Assembly (NCBI GenBank): GCA_963803805.1
Contig: CAWDOD010000002.1
Span: 864,001-928,000 of the forward strand
Origin: an uncultured cyanobacterium
GTDB taxonomy: Bacteria; Cyanobacteriota; Cyanobacteriia; Cyanobacteriales; CAWCAG01
Direction of reading: 5' to 3'
Length of the DNA stretch: 64,000 bases
The position numbers and the translations under genes were made by a program. Shown piece by piece: positions 11,744 through 22,000 of the stretch; the first letter of the stretch is position 1; every line of letters starts with the position of its first letter. Under the pieces are notes generated by a model. That model saw nothing but the letters and a program-made list of their open reading frames with translations, was not told the origin of the DNA and ran no database searches.

Positions 11744-13258
11744 TTAGTTCACAACTTCTCTGGTTTCCACAATAGGTTCTTCTGAGTGAGCATCTTCCCC
11801 TTCATGGAAATCGGCAAAGGAACCTTTGGGTTCTTTGAGAACAAAGAAACATAGGAAGCCCACTATCACAGCCACAACTCCTAATACTTGGAAGAAGATA
11901 CGGTTGCCCACGTCTCCTTCAGGTAACAAACTGTACATGGTTAAGTAAGCTACTGCACCAACGTTACCGTAAGCACCAACATTACCAGCAATTTGTCCAG
12001 TAACCCTACGCTTAATCAAAGGAACCATTGCAAAGGTAGAACCTTCACCAGCTTGGACGAAGAAAGAACAAGCCATAACTAGTAATACAGCAGCAGGAAG
12101 CCACCAACCTCCAGTTACGGTACTGAAAATAAGATAGCTAACACCCATACAGAAGGTAAGTACCCCCATGGTTAATTTACGGCTACCCAGTTTGTCAGAG
12201 ATTAAACCACCACCAGGACGGGACACTAGGTTCATGAAAGCGTAACTAGCGGCAATCATACCTGCAGCTTGCTTTTCTAAGCCAAAGGTTACTTCAAAAA
12301 ATGCAGGTAGCATAGAAACTACTGCTAGTTCAGAACCAAAGTTAACAACGTAGGTAAGTTCGAGAATAGCAACTTGAGCGAAGTTATAGCGTTCTTCCGG
12401 GGCGTAGCGTTTCCTGCCTGTCATTAAGTCTTTGTTAACTACCCAGCAGTTGTAAGCTTGGAACAGATACAAAGCAACTAAACAAGCCCAGGTAATATAC
12501 ATTGCTTGGATTGTAAAGAAACCCACTTTGTTTAAGCGCCAAGCTAAAAGACCAAGAATCAGGGAAAGGGGCGCATTCATTAAAAGTAAGAACCAGAAGT
12601 CACCTTTGCTAGTTACTTCGATTCCTCTAGCACTAGCAGGACGCTGATAAACTTTGCCGGGAGGAGTATTTTGAACACTAAAGTAGTAAATTACGCCGTA
12701 TACAGCAGCAATGATACCTGTTAAAGCGATAGTTAAGCGCCAGTTGAGAACATCGCCACCACCAAAAGTTAGTAAAGCAGCAATGGTAGGTAGGGTGAAA
12801 GCTGATGCTGCGGAACCAAAGTTACCCCAACCACCGTAAATACCTTCTGCTAAGCCAATTTCTTTAGGAGGAAACCACTCTGCTGTCATGCGGATGCCGA
12901 TTACAAAACCACCACCAACAATACTCAGGGCTAAACGACTGGCTACTAGCTGTCCGAAGTCTTGCGCTGAAGCAAAAGCTAGACAAGGAATAGCTGCATA
13001 GATTAGTAGGCAAGTGAAAGTAATTCTTGGTCCGAATCTATCTAACAGCATCCCAATGATAATTCGGGCAGGAACTGTTAGAGCAACGTTACAAATTGCT
13101 AGGGTTCTAATTTGCCCTTCATCTAAGCCAAAATCTGCCTTAATTGCTGTGGCTAGAGGAGCTAAGTTAAACCAGATTACAAAGGTTAGGAAAAAGGCAA
13201 ACCAGGTCATGTGGAGGATTTTATATCTACCTCGGAACGACCACATTTCTTTGAGCAT
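11744..13258 (-). CDS. nrtP: NarK/NNP-family MFS nitrate/nitrite permease
   Basis: Nitrate signature GLAEGIYGGWGNFG, FGSELAV, GAYGNVGA; lies between nirA and narB. Confidence 0.93.
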   Translation of the reverse strand: MLKEMWSFRGRYKILHMTWFAFFLTFVIWFNLAPLATAIKADFGLDEGQIRTLAICNVALTVPARIIIGMLLDRFGPRITFTCLLIYAAIPCLAFASAQDFGQLVASRLALSIVGGGFVIGIRMTAEWFPPKEIGLAEGIYGGWGNFGSAASAFTLPTIAALLTFGGGDVLNWRLTIALTGIIAAVYGVIYYFSVQNTPPGKVYQRPASARGIEVTSKGDFWFLLLMNAPLSLILGLLAWRLNKVGFFTIQAMYITWACLVALYLFQAYNCWVVNKDLMTGRKRYAPEERYNFAQVAILELTYVVNFGSELAVVSMLPAFFEVTFGLEKQAAGMIAASYAFMNLVSRPGGGLISDKLGSRKLTMGVLTFCMGVSYLIFSTVTGGWWLPAAVLLVMACSFFVQAGEGSTFAMVPLIKRRVTGQIAGNVGAYGNVGAVAYLTMYSLLPEGDVGNRIFFQVLGVVAVIVGFLCFFVLKEPKGSFADFHEGEDAHSEEPIVETREVVN

Positions 13259-13775
13259 TTTTTACTTCCTTTCAATGGAGGGGACAACAATAAAAGACTT
13301 CAACTTTAAAAAGCAGTATGCACTCTCGTTAGTTAAGGTTAAAAAAACATTTTTGATGTTCGCTTAACCCAGGAATAAAATCATTCAGGAAAGTCAACAT
13401 ATTCAGGGGGTTTGATGATGTTTCTCTTATCTAGTCTTAACTTTGTTAAGCAAAGAGAACTTTAAAAATCCAGTTCTTCTTTAGCTAGTCAAGTTAATTA
13501 AGATTTTTTGTTGTACTAGGTAAGAACATTGAAATTGATGCAATATAGCTACATATAATTAACCCTATTAAGTTTTGTTTTAGTATTCTTCGTAACAAAA
13601 AAACAAATTAAATTCGCTTTTTTCATAATGTTATACCTCAAAAGCATTAACGAATTTGTAAGCAAAACTGGCACAAAGTTACCATTGGTTAATAGTTTGT
13701 AGTTAACCAACCAAAAAAATAGATGAGCAAGACAATATCCTTCTTTTATAAAAAGGAGACAAATAGCTAAATCAT

Positions 13776-15317
13776 TTAACTTTGTCGAGGTTTAGCACCA
13801 AAATCTTTAATTAACAAATTGCGTAGAAATTCTGGCAAATCATCACAAGCAATGCCCTTTTGAACACAGTTACCAAGGTGCGCATCTTTGCCTACTTTTC
13901 CTCCCATATAAAGATCAACTCCTTCTGTGGTTTTGCCATCTTTGCGTACTTTAGTTCCCATTAAGCCGATATCGGCAACCTGGGGTTGTCCACAGGAATT
14001 AGGACACCCTGTCCAGTGGATACGTACCCTTTCTGGTATTTCCAACTCTGCTTCTAATTCACGAATCATCTTCAAAGCGCGATTTTTGGTTTCAATTAAA
14101 GCAAAGTTGCAAAACTCCGCCCCAGTGCAGGAAACTAGCGATCGCTCCAAAATGTTAGGGGCAATGGTGAATTTTTGCAAAAGAGGTTCTGCCAAAAACG
14201 CATCTAAGTTAGCATCATTGATGTTAGGAATAATTACGTTTTGTTCCACGGTAAAGCGCACTTCGCTGCTGCCATACACCTCTGCTAACCGCGCTAAATC
14301 AAACATTTCCTGGGCAGCTAATTTACCGACAGGAACATACAAACCAACGTAGTTTAACTCTGGTTGTTTTTGGGGATAAACCCCAATGTGGTCAAGTTTA
14401 TCCCAGTCTATAGCATCTTCTAGGGCTTCTGAGGCTAAGGGACGACCAAACTCTTTTTCCACCTCATCCCGGAATTTAGCAATGCCCCATTCATCAATCA
14501 GCCACATCATGCGAGATTTTTGGCGATTAGCCCGTGAACCATTATCTCGGTAAACTTTCAAAATCGCTAAAGAAAGATCAACAACATCTTTAGCTTGAGG
14601 AGGAACCCAAGCATGAAGAGGGATTGCAGCTTCACAACGCTTAGCAGAGAAAAACCCTCCCACAACCACATTAAAACCTAATTCCCCATCTTTGTAGGCA
14701 GGAACAAAAGCAATGTCATTAATTTCAGCATGAACTGAGTTATCCCTTCCTCCCTCAATAGCAATGTTAAATTTGCGAGGTAGATTGGTAAATTCATAGT
14801 TGCCCTCACCGCTATTAGTGATGGCATCTTGAACTTTTTGCACTAACTCCCTGGTATCAATCAATTCATTAGCATCAATACCCGCAACGGGGGAACCTGT
14901 GATGTTACGGACATTATCCATACCAGATTGCATAGAAGTCAAACCCACCTCATCAAAGCGGCGGAAAATATCAGGAATATCTTCTAGGTGTACTCCCCTT
15001 AGTTGCAGGTTTTGTCTGGTGGTAATATCGGCGCTACCGTCTTCTCCATAGCGCTGGACAATCTCCGCTAATACTCGCAACTGGGTACTATTAAGAATGC
15101 CATTGGGGGTACGCATCCGCAACATAAACTTGCCAGGAGTTACGGGACGATGAAATACTCCTACCCACTTGAGTCGATGTTGTAAGTCATCTGCTTCAAC
15201 AGCTTCCCAGCCTATTTGGGCAAGATGTTCTAGTTCATTTTTAATATCTAAGCCATCTTTTTGGGCTTTAAATTTTTCAAATTTGTTTAATTTAGCTGGC
15301 TTGGTAGCACTAGTCAT
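13776..15317 (-). CDS. nirA: Ferredoxin-nitrite reductase
   Basis: ITTRQNLQLR, GMDNVRN, NLPRKFN, CTGAEFC, HWTGCPNSCGQ siroheme/Fe-S motifs. Confidence 0.97.
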   Translation of the reverse strand: MTSATKPAKLNKFEKFKAQKDGLDIKNELEHLAQIGWEAVEADDLQHRLKWVGVFHRPVTPGKFMLRMRTPNGILNSTQLRVLAEIVQRYGEDGSADITTRQNLQLRGVHLEDIPDIFRRFDEVGLTSMQSGMDNVRNITGSPVAGIDANELIDTRELVQKVQDAITNSGEGNYEFTNLPRKFNIAIEGGRDNSVHAEINDIAFVPAYKDGELGFNVVVGGFFSAKRCEAAIPLHAWVPPQAKDVVDLSLAILKVYRDNGSRANRQKSRMMWLIDEWGIAKFRDEVEKEFGRPLASEALEDAIDWDKLDHIGVYPQKQPELNYVGLYVPVGKLAAQEMFDLARLAEVYGSSEVRFTVEQNVIIPNINDANLDAFLAEPLLQKFTIAPNILERSLVSCTGAEFCNFALIETKNRALKMIRELEAELEIPERVRIHWTGCPNSCGQPQVADIGLMGTKVRKDGKTTEGVDLYMGGKVGKDAHLGNCVQKGIACDDLPEFLRNLLIKDFGAKPRQS

Positions 15318-15414
15318 ATATTTCCCTTCTTAAAAGATTGCTCTATTGCCACTGATTTAGTTTAAAGATACAGCCCCATGGATATTTAAAGTGTTTTCCC
15401 TTAGTCTGTACAAC

Positions 15415-15457
15415 AGTTTAATAATGCAAGCTGCTTTCTTTCGGTAAAAAAAACTAC
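15415..15457 (-). promoter_or_regulatory. Canonical NtcA-activated promoter of nirA
   Basis: Minus strand GTA-GTTTTTTT-TAC (15457-15444), 23-nt spacer, -10 box TAAACT (15420-15415) matching TAN3T. Confidence 0.8.
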
Positions 15458-15503
15458 TTTTCATGGTTTCTGTTTAAGTTATTAGTATTTAGTTAGATAA
15501 AAT

Positions 15504-15517
15504 GTATAGCCTTATAC
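15504..15517. promoter_or_regulatory. Second GTA-N8-TAC palindrome upstream of nirA
   Basis: GTATAGCCTTATAC, 60 bp upstream of the first box. Confidence 0.5.
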
Positions 15518-15573
15518 TTTATGTTCTTTAAAATTCGTTTTACCAATAATAAAATGCAATTAGTGCATAAAAG

Positions 15574-15708
15574 TTAGATATAGCGATTCTCCAATTCATG
15601 AGGTACATTTGGTCGATTTCCATATTTCTACCAACCACTAGCTAATAGCTAATAGCAAAAACCAGAATCTATGGTGTACCTCACAAGTTGTAGAATTGCT
15701 ATATCTAA
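15574..15708. mobile_element. MITE-like element with 34-bp imperfect terminal inverted repeats
   Basis: Left end ttagatatagcgattctccaattcatgaggtaca matches the reverse complement of the right end, ttagatatagcaattctacaacttgtgaggtaca, at 29/34. Internal heptamer repeats, no ORF. Confidence 0.65.
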
Positions 15709-15759
15709 ATAAAGTATTTTCGTGACGATCGCTATTTTACGATCCACCTTGCTTCTACC

Positions 15760-15798
15760 ATTAGCCACTAGCAACTAGCCATTAGCCATTAGCCATTA
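15760..15798. repeat. Heptamer tandem repeats (STRR-like)
   Basis: About 5 attagcc/actagcc units. Similar heptamer tracts occur at ~7790-7813, ~17744-17778, ~27418-27447 and ~53510-53528. Confidence 0.7.
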
Positions 15799-15961
15799 AA
15801 ATGCTTCTTCCCAAAAGCACTACCCAAGTTTATCGAGATCTGGCTTGAGCCGATAGTCAATGATTGCTAACCTATTTCTCAATTTTTTGAAGAGATTATC
15901 ATACCAGATCCGACCTCCACAGAGCCTCTAAAATTATTGTATTTGAGGGATAAATCCTGTT

Positions 15962-16135
15962 TTATTGAGAATCTCCTAAAGAAATATCTTCTTCTAAAGG
16001 ATTTTCTAATTCGTCCCCTAAGAGTAAAGACATTTGTTCCAAAATTTCCTTGTCTTCTTCATTTAGGTCATCTTGTTGAGGATTGTGGGCAATGATGGGA
16101 AGATTCACTTCATATAAGACTTTGGTCAATGACAT
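15962..16135 (-). CDS. Small acidic hypothetical protein (57 aa, below the ORF-track cutoff)
   Basis: Hand translation: MSLTKVLYEVNLPIIAHNPQQDDLNEEDKEILEQMSLLLGDELENPLEEDISLGDSQ*. Confidence 0.5.
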   Translation of the reverse strand: MSLTKVLYEVNLPIIAHNPQQDDLNEEDKEILEQMSLLLGDELENPLEEDISLGDSQ

Positions 16136-16345
16136 GGTTTTTTCTCGTACTTACTTAGGTTTTTATATTCTCAGAGATTTTTATCCTTAATTCATTGACC
16201 TAAATCAGGAAAAAAGTGTGAATATCCTCAGTAAGGATGATGATGCAGGTGAAGTGATTTTGGCGATCGCCATACTACTTTAGTAGGATCTAAGTCACAA
16301 TAGCAGAGAGCGGGGAGTAGGGAGCAGGATTTCTCCTAAGTGAGC

Positions 16346-16374
16346 AAAAAAATAGGGACGCAATAGTGTCCCTA
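16346..16374 (-). terminator. chlP terminator
   Basis: tagggac...gtcccta stem followed by a T tract on the minus strand. Confidence 0.75.
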
Positions 16375-16399
16375 CTTTCCCAATCAATTAATGTTACAT

Positions 16400-17620
16400 T
16401 TACGGCGCTAAAGCATTACCCCGCAACAGGCTACCGATGGTTTTAGCGGTAATCTTCATTTGAATTAAAGGATTAGCAGGAACTACGGTTTTGTAGAGGT
16501 AGCTATCAAAAGTGAGTTTTTGGACATCTTCATCTGCACACATTTCCACAAAAGCTTCTCTAGTAGCATCGGAACGGTAAAAGACTCTTTGCAGGATATC
16601 TAGTACCTTATAAGTAATGCCATACTTCTTATCCCAACGCTTAAGATAGAGTTTTAAATCCGCTTCGGTAGGAATGGTAGCACCATTGTTAGAAGTTTCC
16701 ACAATGGTTTCGGCACACATCCGGGCTGATTTGGCTGCGAAATAAATACCTTCACCAGAAGATTTGGTAACTGTACCAGCCGCATCTCCTACCAAAGCAA
16801 CTCTACCCTGTACTCTCCGGGGTCTAGGATGCTCAGGAATGGGATGAGCCTCTACTTTGATGATTTCTCCCCCAGCTAACCTCTTAGCAGCACGGGCGCG
16901 GATACCAGCCTGAAGCTTTTTGATATCTGCTTTGTTGGCCTTCATTGTACCTGTACCGACAGCCACATGGTCATATTTGGGGAAAACCCAGGCATAGAAG
17001 TCAGTAGAGACATCATCCCCTACATACATTTCTGCTAGGTTATGGTAATAAGCCATTTTATCTTCTGGCAAGCGAATCCTTTCTTGGAAAGCGATCGCAT
17101 AATTATAATCCCCAGCATCAATGGCTTTGGCGATGCGAGAATTAGCCCCATCTGCCCCAATTACCACATCTGCCTTTAAGGTTTTCATTACCCCCATTTT
17201 GCTACCATTGGAGTGGTCTGCATAGTGGAGAGTATAAGGCTGTTTATCGGAAGAAGGAATATCTAGCTTATAAACAGTACCGTTGATTAAATTCGCCCCT
17301 AACTTAGCGGCGCGATCGCGCATGAAGCCATCTAAGACTTCCCGGCGACACATACCAATATATTCACCTTCGTTTTTAATATTGATATCAACCTCGACAT
17401 TAGATGGCGAGATCATTTTCATATTTCTGACCTTACGGTCAATAATTTTTTCTGGTAAATCAAATTCGCTCACCATACAAAGGGGAATTGCCCCTCCGCA
17501 AGGCTTCGCGTTATCTAGCTTACGCTCAAATAAATAAGTTTCAATACCCGCTTTTGCCAGGATTTCAGCAGCCGAAGAACCAGCCGGTCCTGAACCAACA
17601 ACAGCAACCCTTAATACCAA
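16400..17620 (-). CDS. chlP: Geranylgeranyl reductase
   Basis: VAVVGSGPAG FAD motif, NAKPCGGAIPLCM, SSGEGIYFA. TTG start at 17620 is preceded by AGGAG. Confidence 0.97.
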   Translation of the reverse strand: MVLRVAVVGSGPAGSSAAEILAKAGIETYLFERKLDNAKPCGGAIPLCMVSEFDLPEKIIDRKVRNMKMISPSNVEVDINIKNEGEYIGMCRREVLDGFMRDRAAKLGANLINGTVYKLDIPSSDKQPYTLHYADHSNGSKMGVMKTLKADVVIGADGANSRIAKAIDAGDYNYAIAFQERIRLPEDKMAYYHNLAEMYVGDDVSTDFYAWVFPKYDHVAVGTGTMKANKADIKKLQAGIRARAAKRLAGGEIIKVEAHPIPEHPRPRRVQGRVALVGDAAGTVTKSSGEGIYFAAKSARMCAETIVETSNNGATIPTEADLKLYLKRWDKKYGITYKVLDILQRVFYRSDATREAFVEMCADEDVQKLTFDSYLYKTVVPANPLIQMKITAKTIGSLLRGNALAP

Positions 17621-17847
17621 GGTTTTTCTCCTTTTCGCTTCTTTAGCTACGAAGAGCATCCTATCACGAGGATTTCGTCTTGGAGCGCTTCGGCTCAAGT
17701 TGCAATAGAGCTTAACAACAGTGGTAATAATACTTAATGTTTGCTAACGGCTAACGGCTAATTGCTAATGGCTAATTGGTAGACCTTAATGATTCCTACA
17801 TATGCTAGGCTAGCTGGGATTAATAGTGCTTGTGGGGGAGTGAGATT

Positions 17848-18903
17848 ATGGCTAAATTAAAGGTGGGTTTGTTGTTTGGTGGTTGTTCTGGTGAACATGA
17901 AGTCTCTCTTAGTTCTGCTGCTGCGATCGCCAACGCTTTGAGGGCTGGGGAAAATGCTGCTAAATATGAAGTATTGCCCTTTTATATTCAAAAAGATGGT
18001 ATTTGGCAAGCTGGGGAAATCCCTCAAAAAGTACTAGACTCAGGGGAAGCTATTCAGGAAAAAGGGGGCAATCTTTGGAGTTTTCCTCCCCAAGCAGCAG
18101 AAGTTGAAGTTTGGTTTCCTATACTTCATGGCCCCAATGGGGAAGATGGCACAATTCAGGGCTTACTTACCCTCATGCAGGTTCCTTTTGTGGGTAGTAA
18201 CGTTTTGGGATCGGCGGTGGGCATGGATAAGCTGGCTATGAAGTCTGCTTTCTCTACTTTAGGACTTCCCCAAGTTAAATATATGGCAGTTTCCCGTGAG
18301 GAAGTTTGGTCAAATCCCTGTGTATTTCCCAAAGTTTGTGATGAAATAGAAGAAAAATTAGGTTATCCCTGCTTTATTAAACCAGCTAACTTAGGTTCTT
18401 CTGTGGGTATCGCCAAAGCGAAAACCCGCAGTGAATTAGAAGCAGCCTTAGATAGTGCCGCTAGCTACGACCGACGCATTATAGTAGAAGCTGGGGTAGA
18501 AGCGAGGGAAATAGAATGTGCGGTTTTGGGTAACGATACTCCCCAGGCTTCTGTGTTGGGAGAAATCTGCTTCACCAGCGAGTTTTATGATTATGAAACT
18601 AAATACACCGCAGGCAAAGCAGATTTAAAAATTCCGGCCCCAGTTTCTCCAGAAATCACCACAAAAATTCAAGAAATGGCGATAGAAGCTTTTCTAGCTA
18701 TTGGTTGTGCAGGATTAACGAGAGTTGATTTCTTTTATGTAGAAAAAACTGGGGAAATTTTTATTAATGAAGTCAACACTCTTCCTGGCTTCACGGCTAC
18801 TAGTATGTATCCCCAACTTTGGGAAGCAACAGGTGTTCCTTTCCCAGAATTAGTTGATAGGTTGATTAAGTTAGCTTTAGAGCGTAAGAAAGTTAAATCA
18901 TAA
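17848..18903 (+). CDS. ddl: D-alanine-D-alanine ligase
   Basis: [50 protein letters not shown]. Confidence 0.96.
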   Translation: MAKLKVGLLFGGCSGEHEVSLSSAAAIANALRAGENAAKYEVLPFYIQKDGIWQAGEIPQKVLDSGEAIQEKGGNLWSFPPQAAEVEVWFPILHGPNGEDGTIQGLLTLMQVPFVGSNVLGSAVGMDKLAMKSAFSTLGLPQVKYMAVSREEVWSNPCVFPKVCDEIEEKLGYPCFIKPANLGSSVGIAKAKTRSELEAALDSAASYDRRIIVEAGVEAREIECAVLGNDTPQASVLGEICFTSEFYDYETKYTAGKADLKIPAPVSPEITTKIQEMAIEAFLAIGCAGLTRVDFFYVEKTGEIFINEVNTLPGFTATSMYPQLWEATGVPFPELVDRLIKLALERKKVKS

Positions 18904-18954
18904 GCCACAGTATAATCTAGTAGTTAGGTTGTTCCACATGAACCTATCCCCGTA

Positions 18955-18981
18955 ATCAAGGTTTTTAGCAAAACCTTGATT
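18955..18981. terminator. Hairpin between convergent ddl and the adhesin gene
   Basis: aatcaaggtttt-tagc-aaaaccttgat. Confidence 0.7.
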
Positions 18982-19009
18982 ATTTTGAGAGCTAGAAACC
19001 AGGATGGTA

Positions 19010-22000
19010 TTAAGCAATTTCAAAATCTGCTTCGTTTATTAGTGAGGATGATACACCCAAAACTGTCACCAACACTTCACTGCTAGCAGTATCGCTAATT
19101 AAGGTACTGTAACCATTAGATGTCACACTTAGCTGCCCAAAAGTTAGACCATCGGTAAGCAAGAAAGAATCCTCACCGTCGGTAAAATCAAAAATAAAGT
19201 CACCTCCTGAACCAGATTTTAAGAGGAACTTATCTGCACCGCCATCGCCAAAAATGCGATCGCTTCCTGTACCACCATCTAAGAGATCGTCACCTTCTCC
19301 ACCCCGTAGGAAGTCATCACCTGCACCACCAAGGAGGGTATCATTTTCGAGGTTCCCAAAGAGGATATCATTACCTTCTCCACCATCAAGGAAGTCATTA
19401 CCCGTATTACCTTGGAGAAAGTCATCACCTTCTCCACCAAAGAGTTGATCATTTCCTAGATCACCCTCAAGAATGTCATTATCAGCACCACCATCAAGGA
19501 AGTCATTACCTTCTCCACCTCCGAGGAAATCGTTACCTGAATTACCAAAGAGGTTGTCATCTCCATCATTCCCCAGGATATTATCATTACCTGCACCACC
19601 TTCAGCAAAGTCATCCCCTCCTTGCCCATCTAAAGTATCATTACCTTCCAAACCAAACAGAGAGTCGTTCCCACTATCGCCAACGAGGGTATCATCCCCA
19701 GGAGTGCCAATTAAAGTCATATCCAAGGCAGGATCTACAGTGATATTAACCGTGGCAGTGGATGTGCCACCATTGCCATCGGCAACTGTGTAGTTAAAGC
19801 TGTCTGCCCCCATGAAACCTGGTGTGGGAGTATAAATAAGTTGATCGTCCGTTGAATCACCAGGTGTACCATTATCATCTAAGGTGACGCTGCCACCAGC
19901 AACAGAGTTGGCATCAAAGCTATCGATGAATACAGAATCACCTTCTACAGGATCACTATCATTAGCGAGAACATCAATAGTTAAGGCTGTATCTTGGGGG
20001 GTTGTGGCATTATCATCTATACTCACCGGGTTATCGTTGACGGAGTTAACCGTCAGATTAACTACTGCACCAGAAGCAAATAAGGAACCATCGGCAGCAT
20101 TCCAAGCAAAGCTAGTATTACCGTTGAAGTTAGCATCGGGAGTGAAGTTGAGTTTGCCAAGATCCGCAGCAGCAATACTATCTCCCGCCCCGACAATAAT
20201 ATCATTTAAACGTAGGATACCAGAGGTGGGGAGAGAAACAATGTTGATTTGATTGAGACTATCACCTTCAACGTCGTTAAATACATCAGTAAAGTCAGCA
20301 GCAGTGAAGGAAATAACTGTGTCTTCGTCCCCAGTTTTGTTAATGTCGCTAATGGTTGGGGCATCGTTGACACCATTAATATTTAAGGTGACGGTAGCTG
20401 TATCTGTACCACCGTTGCCGTCATCAATGGTATAAGTGAAGCTATCGGTAGCGGTTTCTCCTGGGGCTAAATAATCGAAAGCGTTATTAGGGTTGTAGGT
20501 TATGTCATTAGCCGCGCCAATACTTACTTGCCCTAATGTATTGTTGGTGTCTAGGCTAGTCAAAATGAGAGTATCACTGGCATCAGTATCGCTGTCGTTG
20601 TCTAAGAAGCTAGCAGTTGTCAAAGGAGTATCTTCATCAATGGTGAAACTATCATCATTAGCAACAGGAGCATCATTAACTCCGTTGATGGTGATATTTA
20701 CCGTAGCTGTGTCTGTGTTGCCGTTGCCATCATCAATGGTGTAGCTAAAGCTATCAATGGCGGTTTCTCCTACAGCAAGGGATGCAAATTGACCATTAGG
20801 ATCGTAGTTAAATGTGCCATCGCCGTTGTAGGTAACCAACCCTAAAGTCCCTGTGGTATCGAAGCTAGAGAAGTTAATATTATCAATAGGCTCTGGATCA
20901 CTATCATTGCTTAAAACGTTGGAAGTTGTGAAGGGGGTTGCTTCATCGGTGCTGAAGTTATCATCATTAGCAATGGGACTTTCGTCAATGTCGTTAACGG
21001 TAACGTTCAAAGTTTGGGTATCCGTGCCACCATTACCATCATCGGCAGTTACTTCTACCTCATAAACATTATCCCCATCTGCATCAACAGGAGATTCAAA
21101 GTTAGGAGCATTCATGAAGCTTAATTCTCCTGTGGTTGAGTTGATGGTAAACAAACTGCTATCGTTTCCACCTGTAAGAGAAAAGCTAACCACATCATTC
21201 TCAGGATCTATTGCCGCAACAGTAGTAACTAAAGTTGTATTCTCATCCAAACCAGGAGTCAAATCAGAAGTAATAGTAGGATTGTCATTAACACCATTGA
21301 TAGTCACAGTGAAAGTAGCTGCAATAGTACCACCGTTTCCATCGTCAACTGTGTAACTGAAGCTATCAGAGGCTGTTTCTCCTACAGCGAGAGATTCAAA
21401 TTGACCGTTGGGATTGTAGTTAAATGTACCATCTCCATTGTTAACAACTGAACCTAATGTGCCAGTAGTATCGAGTTTACTAACGCTTAGGGTATCTCCA
21501 TCTACGTCGCTATAGTTGTTGAGAACATTAACTGTAGTGAAAGGAGTGTCTTCATCGGTTGTACTATTGTTAATATTGCTACGACCGAAGATGACATAGC
21601 TTTCTCCTGCATCACTATTGCCATTGGGGCTACCTCCCTTTGCCCCAATAATCAAATCGTCAATACCATCTCCATTAATGTCTCCTGCTCCACTTACCGA
21701 AGTACCAGAGAAGTCATCTAAATCAATGCCGTTGATAACAAAGCCATTGCTGCCATTCAGAGTTGATAATTCTATAGTCGCATCAAAGCCATTATTGCGG
21801 CCAAAGACGACGTAGCTTTTCTCCTGCACGAGTATTATCATTGGGATCGGCTCTGTTTGCCCCAATAATCAAATCATCAATGCCATCTCCATTAATATCT
21901 CCTGCTCCACTTACCGAAATCCCAGAGAAGTCACGTTCATTGATGCCGTTGATAACGAAACCATTGCTACCATTGAGGTCTGATAATTCCAAACTGGGAG

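Noticed and set aside
13539-13552. NtcA-like site tgcaatatagctac upstream of nrtP
   Set aside because: Does not fit GTA-N8-TAC spacing.
9532-14352. + strand ORFs opposite narB, nrtP and nirA
   Set aside because: Antisense shadows of well-conserved genes.
17621-17698. N-terminal extension of ChlP
   Set aside because: The RBS and family N-terminus indicate a TTG start at 17620.
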